Positions 57,710 to 64,000 of a DNA stretch of 64,000 bases are shown here, in pieces (position 1 is the stretch's first letter; every line of letters starts with the position of its first letter). Both the position numbers and the translations under genes were made by a program. The notes beneath the pieces are model-generated. The model was not told the DNA's origin. It saw only the letters and a program-made list of their open reading frames with translations, and ran no database searches. Source of the DNA: an uncultured Gemmatimonadales bacterium (GTDB lineage: Bacteria; Gemmatimonadota; Gemmatimonadetes; Longimicrobiales; RSA9); assembly GCA_963708135.1 (NCBI GenBank), contig OY970192.1:1664001-1728000 (forward strand). Reading direction: 5' to 3'.

Positions 57710-58470
57710 GTGAGCGTGTTGGGCCTCTCCGAGGCCGCCCGGCTCGGCGTCGTGCTCGTGAAGCGGCCCGACGACGCGTTCGGCTCGGCCGCGGCCATCG
57801 CCGCCGCGTGGCGGCCCCTCGGCTACACTGCCCCGCCCGACCTCGCCGCCGCCCGGCGCGAGCACGACGCGTTCGTGCGGCTGTTGCAGGATGCCGGCGC
57901 GCGGCCGGAGTTCCTCCCGGCCGCGCGCGAGACGGGCCTCGACTCCATCTACGCCAGGGACGCGTCCGTCGTCTGCGGCCGCGGCGCCATCCTGTGCCGG
58001 ATGGGCAAGCCGGCGCGACGCGGCGCACCAACGACGACGGCATCCGCCAGCTCCGCGCTCTGCTGGACGGCGAGGTGGACGAGCTCGTCACGGTCCCGCT
58101 CCCGCACTGGCGCGGCCCCGGCAATGTCTTCCACCTGATGTCCATCGTGAGCCCCGACGACGCGGACCTCGCCGTCGTCTACTCGCCGCTCCTGCCGGTG
58201 CCGTTCCGCCAACGGCTCCTGGCCCGCGGGATCCGGCTCGTGGAGGTGCCGGACGAGGAGCTCGGGACGCTGGGCTGCAACGTGCTGGCGCTCGCGCCAC
58301 GCCGGTGTCTGGTGGTGGCGGGCAACCCCACGACCCGCCGCCCGCTCGAGGCGGCGGGCGCCGAGGTCGTGGAGCTCGAGGGGCGGGAGATCTGCCTCAA
58401 GGGCTCGGGTGGCCCGACCTGCCTGACCCGGCCGGTGACGCGAGGCGACGCGGCATCGACGCGGCCATGA
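57710..58470 (+). pseudogene. Amidinotransferase/dimethylarginine dimethylaminohydrolase-family gene with internal deletion and frameshift near 58025
   Basis: DSIYARD..MGKPARRG in one frame; TN..GI.QL, FHLMS, GCNVLA, GGPTCLTRP in another. The usual EGGD segment is absent. Confidence 0.8.
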
Positions 58471-58650
58471 ACCGTGCGTTCGCCAAGGCAGTAGCGGACC
58501 ACCGGAGCGCGGACGTCCCGATGGTCATCGAGGGCGCGAGCGGCGGAGCCACGCTTCAAGACCCGCATGTCGTGGAAACGGAGCGAGAGGCCAAGGTCCG
58601 ACGACGCCGGCGGTCGGCTTAGTCCCCTTTGTTGCTGCGCGCACCACACG

Positions 58651-58679
58651 GGAGGCCGCCCGAACGGGCGGCCTCCTTT
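58651..58679 (+). terminator. Putative intrinsic terminator
   Basis: GGAGGCCGCCC-GAAC-GGGCGGCCTCC perfect 11-bp stem followed by a short T run. Confidence 0.65.
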
Positions 58680-58924
58680 CGCATTCACGGGTAGCCCCTG
58701 TGTGCGGCCTGAAGCCATGCACTGGGCCCGTTAACGCCCCTGTGCGGGCGCTCTCGCCCGCGGCCCATGCGTAGCCCGACCGGGGCGAGCCGCCCGACCG
58801 GCAGATCCGCGGCCGGTGTGCCGGTCAGCGCATGAGCTCGCCACCCGGCTCCCGTGGCGGGTGAGCGCCGGCACATCAGCGTCGAAACCGTGGCACCGGC
58901 CCCGTCTTCCGGGTAGAATAGGGC

Positions 58925-59569
58925 ATGACTGCTGCGCACCGGTACTCGCTCGATGCCGACGAGGTTTCCCTGGATCTCTCGGACAACTACGAGATGGCGC
59001 TGGGCGAAGTCGTCCGGTGGGAGGGATGGCAGACGAACCGGACCTCTCGTCCTTACGTCATTCTCGGCGAGCGCCACGGTGTTCGGCTCGGAATCCGGCA
59101 GCAGATTCGCCCGGTCGCGCTTGATACGGAGGACCGCGATGTCCTCATCATCCCGACTGCGGAGGAGACGCTTCGGATAAAGGCGTTTCTCGCCTTCAAG
59201 CGACGGGCAGTCCGGGATTATCTCGACGTCGCCGCTCTGGCCGATCTACTGGGCCCGGAGCGTACGGCGGAGGCGCTCGGCTGGTTGAACGTCCTGTACG
59301 AAGGGGAAGGTAACCAGACCGCCGCAACCAAGTTTGCAGAGGCCGTGGCCGCCGATCCGCAGGACCTGGGCAAGGTGGATCTGCGGACGTATCGCGGGAT
59401 TCGCGCACCCTACAACGATTGGGCGTACGTAGCGGCCCGCTGCCGGGAGATTGGAGAGGCACTGTTTCTGCGCGAGATGGAGAAGGAGTTGCCGACGGAT
59501 GTGCAGGAGTTCATCGACCGGCAGATCCGTCGTGCGGCAAACCGTGGGACCTCGGGAGGTTCACGATGA
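58925..59569 (+). CDS. AbiEii-like nucleotidyltransferase-fold protein, possibly N-terminally shortened
   Basis: HRYSLDAD, PTAEETLRIKA, R..RDYLDVAAL; the GG(T/S)A motif normally upstream of HR.S.D.D is missing. Confidence 0.6.
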   Translation: MTAAHRYSLDADEVSLDLSDNYEMALGEVVRWEGWQTNRTSRPYVILGERHGVRLGIRQQIRPVALDTEDRDVLIIPTAEETLRIKAFLAFKRRAVRDYLDVAALADLLGPERTAEALGWLNVLYEGEGNQTAATKFAEAVAADPQDLGKVDLRTYRGIRAPYNDWAYVAARCREIGEALFLREMEKELPTDVQEFIDRQIRRAANRGTSGGSR

Positions 59570-59814
59570 CGGGGCGCATCACGACCGAACCCGGCTTCCT
59601 GGATTTGGTTGACGTGCTGACGACGGGCGGCACGGCCGAATGGCAGGAGCTTTATCAGCGGGCGAAGCAGGACGCTGCCCTCCGTTTCGAGATTCGGGAG
59701 GCGCTACCAATGGTCGATCCGGAGATCGGCGCAGCTCGTCAGCTGTGGACGCTTCTACTGAGCAGGATTGAGGCGGTTGAGTCGCCCGGTCGGTCACATC
59801 CCCGAGTCGCATAA
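59566..59814 (+). CDS. Small hypothetical protein, putative partner/antitoxin
   Basis: ATGA overlap and GGAGG RBS; predicted helical, 82 aa. Confidence 0.55.
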   Translation: MTGRITTEPGFLDLVDVLTTGGTAEWQELYQRAKQDAALRFEIREALPMVDPEIGAARQLWTLLLSRIEAVESPGRSHPRVA

Positions 59815-59948
59815 CTCCGACTCAGCGCCTCCGTGCCTGAATAGAGGCCACCGTCCCAACACGGCGGCCTCTTCGCTTTCCGTACACACTGGCCAGACCC
59901 ACCGCGCCGCCGCTCACGCGCGCCGCCCCGAGCCTCGACCTGTCAACG

Positions 59949-60350
59949 GTGGCTTCGACGGCCGGTACGGAGTTCGCCTACGTGACCAACGCCGGTTCGG
60001 ACAACGTGTCGGTGATCCGGACCTCGGACAACGCGGTGACGGCGACCGTCGCCGTGGGGAGTAGCCCGTTTGGCGTGGCAATCGGTGTGGGCGCCGCCGA
60101 TCAGCTCGACGAGCTCGCGGCGACGATCGACGGCCTCTCGCTCGACAAGCAGACCGAGAACAGTCTTCTGACGAAGCTTCGCAGCGCCGAGAAGTCGCTG
60201 GACAAGGGCAACACCTCCGCCACGTGCAGCCAGCTGTCGGACCTGCTGAGCCAGATCACCGACTTCGCGTCGGCGGGGAAGCTGACGGACGAGCAGGCTA
60301 GCGAGCTCACCGCGGACGTCAGCCGGATCCAGGCCGTACTCGGCTGCTGA
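59949..60350 (+). pseudogene. 5'-truncated YVTN beta-propeller gene with FIMAH-like helical C-terminus
   Basis: A single AYVTNAGSDNVSVI..VAVGSSPFGVAI repeat, then NSLLTKL..A..KL...A.EL; no signal peptide or further blades. Confidence 0.65.
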
Positions 60351-60582
60351 AGCGAGGGCGGCCGGACTCTCCCGGGGCAGTTGCCGGGAGATCCGGCCGC
60401 GTCGGGCTTTCCGCGCCTCCTCGAAGCCCGAGGCCCGGTGAGGAAGGGCGTGCTCACCGCCGGGCCCAGGGCGAGGAGCTCACTTCGCTGAGCAGCTCAT
60501 CCGGGCCGGTTGAACCCGGTGGGCGCCGGGCGGAAGAGCCGCCACCTCCGCGCGGTGACCCTGCCGCGTGGGTGTGCGCGGC

Positions 60583-62352
60583 TCAGAGCCTCGGCGGCGT
60601 GGCGGTCGCCGGGATCCGGAGCTTGCGCTGCACGGCCCGGAAGCGCGGATCGTCGCGGATCGGGTCGAACACCGGGAGCCACAGGTCGCGCGCCCGGGAG
60701 TACAGCTCGCCCGGCCCCGTGTCGCGCGCCCAGCGCTCGAGGGCAGCGAGCGCCGCCTCCCGCTGCCCCAGCACGCTGTACCAGACCGGGCGGAGCATCC
60801 CGCCGAACGCGGCCTGCAGGACCGTCGTCGTATCGATCAGTCCCAGCACGGCGCCCCGCTGCGCCGGATCGGCCGCGGCGCGCACGAGCCTGGCCGCTTC
60901 ATCGTCGTCTTCCTGAAACTGCGCCGCGGCGGCCCTGATCGTCTGCTCCGCCTCCGCGTACCGGTGCGCCAGGAGCAGCGTCATCGCCAGGTAGGAGCGC
61001 GACCAGCGGTAATCGGGGCGTTCGCGGATGTCGATCCGGAACTGGTCGATGGCATCGTCGTAGCGGTGCCCGGCCGTGAGGAGCGTCGCGAGCACGTAGC
61101 GCGGGTTCGGCGCCAGCGGGTCCAGCGCGACGGCCTTCTTCTCCTGGGCCAAGGCCGCCCCGAGATCACCCCTGGTGTGCAGCATCTGCGCGAACTGGTT
61201 GTGCGCCTCGGCGGAGCTCGGGTTCAGCGCGACCGCGGCCTCGTATTCCGGCCGCGCCGCCTCGAACTGGAGGCGGTCGCGAAGCACGTTGGCGAGCGCG
61301 CAATGCGCATCGCCGTTGTCGGGATCGAGCGCGAGGGCCCGCCGCGCCGCTCGTTCGGCGGCGTCGAGCGAAGGCGTCCAGTCGGCGAGATCGTACCAGG
61401 GGAGCAGCTCCCGCGCCTGCGCGAGCGCCGCCCACGCGGCCGCATAGGAGGAGTCGAGGGCGACGGCCTGCGCGAGCTGCGCCGTCGCCGCGTTGAGCGC
61501 CGGGCCGCGGTTCGCGATGTTCGCGATTCCGCGCAGATACAGCTCGTGCGCGCGCACGTTGGCGGTGGCGGGCGGCGGAGTGGCCCGCGCGCCCAGCTTC
61601 AGCTCCAGCGCGTCGGCGATCGCGCGGCTGATCTCATCCTCGACGGCGAAGATGTTCTCGGCGCTGCGGTCGTACCGCTTCGACCAGATGTGGTAGTCGG
61701 TGCGCGTGTCGATCAGCTGCGCCGTGATCCGGACCTCGTTGCCGGCCCGCTGCACGCTCCCCTCGAGCACCGTCGCGACGTGCAGCGCCCGGCCGATCTC
61801 GCTCAGGTTCAGGTTCCGCCCCTTGTACGCGAACGAAGACGTGCGCCCCGCCACCTGCAGCCCCGGGATCTGCGCGAGCGCGTTCAGGATCTCCTCCGTG
61901 ATCCCATCGCTGAAGTACTCCTGCGCCGCATCGGCGCTCATGTTGACGAACGGAAGCACCGCGATCGACCGGGCCGGGCCGGTCCCGGGGTCCGGCACCG
62001 CCGCGGCGCGCCCGTGCCGCGACAGCCACCAGGCGCCGACGCCCACGCCCACGGCGAGCAGGATGAGAAACAGGACGACGGCGGGCCGGCCGCCCCGGCC
62101 TGCCGCCGCCGGCCCCGCGTGCCTGATGCCGTCCGGCGTGATGTCGAACGCCCAGGCCAGGGCGACCGCGACGGGGAACCCCAGCGCGACCAGCACCAGC
62201 ACGACCTTGCCCACCCAGAGCGGCGCGCCGAGCATGGGCAGCACGGCGCTCGCGCCCTGCACCACGGCCCACGCGCCCACGGCGTAGATCGCGGCCACGC
62301 GGAATACGCGCCGCCGCTCGAGCTCCGACAGCCAGTTACCGATCAGCGACAT
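60583..62352 (-). CDS. Membrane protein with TolB-like N-domain and TPR repeats
   Basis: ELERRRVFRVAAIY, SIAVLPFVNMS..QEYFSDGITEEILNALA, VLEGSVQR, TPRs, DPIRDDPRF. Confidence 0.9.
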   Translation of the reverse strand: MSLIGNWLSELERRRVFRVAAIYAVGAWAVVQGASAVLPMLGAPLWVGKVVLVLVALGFPVAVALAWAFDITPDGIRHAGPAAAGRGGRPAVVLFLILLAVGVGVGAWWLSRHGRAAAVPDPGTGPARSIAVLPFVNMSADAAQEYFSDGITEEILNALAQIPGLQVAGRTSSFAYKGRNLNLSEIGRALHVATVLEGSVQRAGNEVRITAQLIDTRTDYHIWSKRYDRSAENIFAVEDEISRAIADALELKLGARATPPPATANVRAHELYLRGIANIANRGPALNAATAQLAQAVALDSSYAAAWAALAQARELLPWYDLADWTPSLDAAERAARRALALDPDNGDAHCALANVLRDRLQFEAARPEYEAAVALNPSSAEAHNQFAQMLHTRGDLGAALAQEKKAVALDPLAPNPRYVLATLLTAGHRYDDAIDQFRIDIRERPDYRWSRSYLAMTLLLAHRYAEAEQTIRAAAAQFQEDDDEAARLVRAAADPAQRGAVLGLIDTTTVLQAAFGGMLRPVWYSVLGQREAALAALERWARDTGPGELYSRARDLWLPVFDPIRDDPRFRAVQRKLRIPATATPPRL

Positions 62353-62457
62353 GGGGTCAGCCGGATGTCCCTCGCGGGTGAGGCCACAAGGTGGATCGGA
62401 GGTGCGCCGGAGCGCAACACCTGCCTTCCCCCTCGTGGCCCCCCGGGGCTGGGGGAG

Positions 62458-62693
62458 CGGCGGGTGGGGGTGAAGCGGGTGTGGGTGGGGGCGAGGTCGG
62501 GGGTGGGGGCACCGCGGGAGCGAGGCGGGTGGGGGTCTGCTTCGGGTGGGGGGCTCTCCCATGGGGCTCTCCCGTCGCTCCCGCTGTAAACCCCCACCCG
62601 CGGTGAGACCCGCGGTGCCCCCACCCGCGGGGCCGCGGGGTCGGAGGGGGCGTCCCCCGCCCCCACCCTCGCCCGCAGCACCCTCACCCGCCG
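62458..62693. repeat. Long imperfect GC-rich nested inverted repeat built from CGGGTGGGGG units
   Basis: Paired arms 62458-72/62679-93, 62475-93/62658-76, 62501-18/62609-26 (perfect 18 bp) and 62525-36/62590-601 (perfect 12 bp). Confidence 0.8.
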
Positions 62694-62754
62694 TTGCCCC
62701 CGCCCGCCGTTGACTGCTCCGGCGCGCCCGCCGGCGGTCACCCGCCGCTGCGCG

Positions 62755-63324
62755 TCAACCGAGCACGTTCCTGTAGATCTCCGCCAGCTCCAGGACGCAC
62801 CCGATCGAGGCCAGCTCGACCAGCGTATCCAGCCCACGGAAGTCGCTCAGCAGCCAGTCGCCGCCGCTCTGCCGCTGCTGCCGCTGGATGAGCGGCTCCT
62901 CCTGGGATGCCAGGACATACTCCTGCAGCGACTCGAGCCGGCGGTAGTGCTCCGCTTTCCGGCCCCGGTCGTAATCCTCCGTGGATGGCGAGAGCACCTC
63001 GACGAGGAGCACGGGGTTGAGCAGCGTATCGAAGTTGTCGTCCTCGAGCCGCGGCTCGCCACAGACGACGGCGATGTCCGGGTACGTGTAGAGCCCCGTG
63101 GGATCCACCTTGACCCGCATATCGCTCGGATAGACGTCGCACGGCCCGCCCCGAAGCTGGCGATCGAGCGCAACGACCAGGTTCTTCACCACCAGGACGT
63201 GCTTTCGGCTCGCCCCCTCCATCGCGAACACTTCGCCCGAGAAGTACTCGTGCTTCGTCTCCGCGTGCCGCTCCGCCTCGAGGTATTCCTCGGCCGTGAT
63301 GCGCGGCCTCGGCCGTGTCGCCAT
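62755..63324 (-). CDS. Uma2 family (DUF820) endonuclease
   Basis: KHEYFSGEVFAM, YTYPDIAVVC, VEVLSPSTEDYDRGRK..Y..SLQEYVL. Confidence 0.93.
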   Translation of the reverse strand: MATRPRPRITAEEYLEAERHAETKHEYFSGEVFAMEGASRKHVLVVKNLVVALDRQLRGGPCDVYPSDMRVKVDPTGLYTYPDIAVVCGEPRLEDDNFDTLLNPVLLVEVLSPSTEDYDRGRKAEHYRRLESLQEYVLASQEEPLIQRQQRQSGGDWLLSDFRGLDTLVELASIGCVLELAEIYRNVLG

Positions 63325-63453
63325 GGGGGTCTTCCCGCCGGGGTCCGTGGACACTGCGCCTCCCGCGTCAACTCGTTACGCTTCCGCCCGGGGCAATGGA
63401 ATAACCGAAACGGCCGCTCCGCCGGAGGCCTCGCCCCCGGCCGCACCGGCCGG

Positions 63454-64000
63454 CTACCGGACCCGCACGCCCCTGGCCGTGTCCCAGTGCAGCACATGCT
63501 CGTGCTTCGGCAAAGGCGCGCCGGGCGCCTCCGCGATCGTCACGCCGTACGTCCAGCTCGGCGGGCAGATCGCGACGTAGCGCGCGTAGCCGCCCGTGCC
63601 GCCCTTGAACTTCGGGTAGCCGATCGTCACCAGGCAGCCCGTCGCCGGCACCTCGTCCAGGTGCGCCACCCCCTCCGCCTGCGTGTAGCCGTGGTGCATC
63701 AGCCAGTGCTCGCCTTCGAGCGTGGCCGTCGTGTCCGTGTCCAGCGGCTCGTGGCCGTGGAACAGGATGTGGCGCTCCAGGTGGAGGAGCTGGAGCGCGG
63801 CAAGCGACACGCCGGGGAAGATCTTCTCGCCCGCGAGGGCGGGCTCCGGCCAGCGCTTCGACCAGTCCGATCGGACCATGACGACGGCGCCCGCCGGAAC
63901 GCGTCCGTGCCCCGCCTCCCAGCGCCGGATGTCCGAGACCTGGAGGTGGTAGCGTCGACGATCGAGATCACCACCAGCGGCCGCACCGCGTAGGTCGGCG
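63454..64000 (-). CDS. Cyclase family (kynurenine formamidase-like) protein, partial, apparent frameshift near 63953
   Basis: VRSDWSKRW, FPG, GHEPLDTD, GGTGGYARYVAI; the upstream RPLVVISIVD is in a different frame from YHLQVSDI. Confidence 0.8.
   Translation of the reverse strand, partial: ADLRGAAAGGDLDRRRYHLQVSDIRRWEAGHGRVPAGAVVMVRSDWSKRWPEPALAGEKIFPGVSLAALQLLHLERHILFHGHEPLDTDTTATLEGEHWLMHHGYTQAEGVAHLDEVPATGCLVTIGYPKFKGGTGGYARYVAICPPSWTYGVTIAEAPGAPLPKHEHVLHWDTARGVRVR

Noticed and set aside
58467..58622. 51-aa ORF MNRAFAKAVADHR...
   Set aside because: Loosely resembles small proteins seen beside zeta-toxin-like ATPases, but it looks fragmentary and has no partner gene.
58637..58646. GCGCGCACCA before the terminator, resembling a tRNA 3' end or att site
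   Set aside because: Only about 10 nt, with no T-arm or cloverleaf and no integrase in the window.

Overview
Very GC-rich bacterial DNA. The gene repertoire (PadR/ADOP permease, TolB-like/TPR protein, clade II nosZ, many lipoproteins) suggests Gemmatimonadota or a similar lineage; this is inference. Left to right: (1) an AraC regulator, a two-domain lipoprotein and an AlkZ-like glycosylase, with a duplicated promoter/operator element; (2) a clade II nitrous-oxide reductase cluster, cytC-nosZ-nosD-nosF-nosY-nosB with no nosL/G/H in the window, divergent from a cupin / small membrane protein / Crp-Fnr operon; (3) ClC-CBS, PadR plus duplicated ABC permease, and an AbiEi/DUF559 gene; (4) a beta-barrel-cupredoxin fusion and a frameshifted cupredoxin lipoprotein; (5) a ~26 kb locus joining a Wzx/Wzy exopolysaccharide operon (wzi, ABC exporter, wza, wzc, priming transferase, wzx, wzy, five GT4) to a tailoring set of two B12 radical-SAM enzymes, three class I methyltransferases, an FkbM-like protein, an amidohydrolase, an HprK-like kinase and a nucleotidyltransferase; (6) a sigma54 activator with a visible UAS/IHF/-24-12 promoter ahead of lipoprotein-TPR-ECF sigma genes; (7) a complete IS4-family element with a 9-bp target duplication splitting a lipoprotein gene in a lower-GC orphan island; (8) anti-sigma, LVIVD/DUF305, broken genes, a TA-like pair, a TPR protein, a ~240 bp GC-rich palindrome, Uma2 and a partial cyclase. 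The best candidate for an undescribed system is the radical-SAM/kinase/nucleotidyltransferase set tied to the EPS locus and its sigma54-to-ECF cascade. All family calls come from motif recognition by eye, with no database searches. No rRNA, tRNA or CRISPR array was found.
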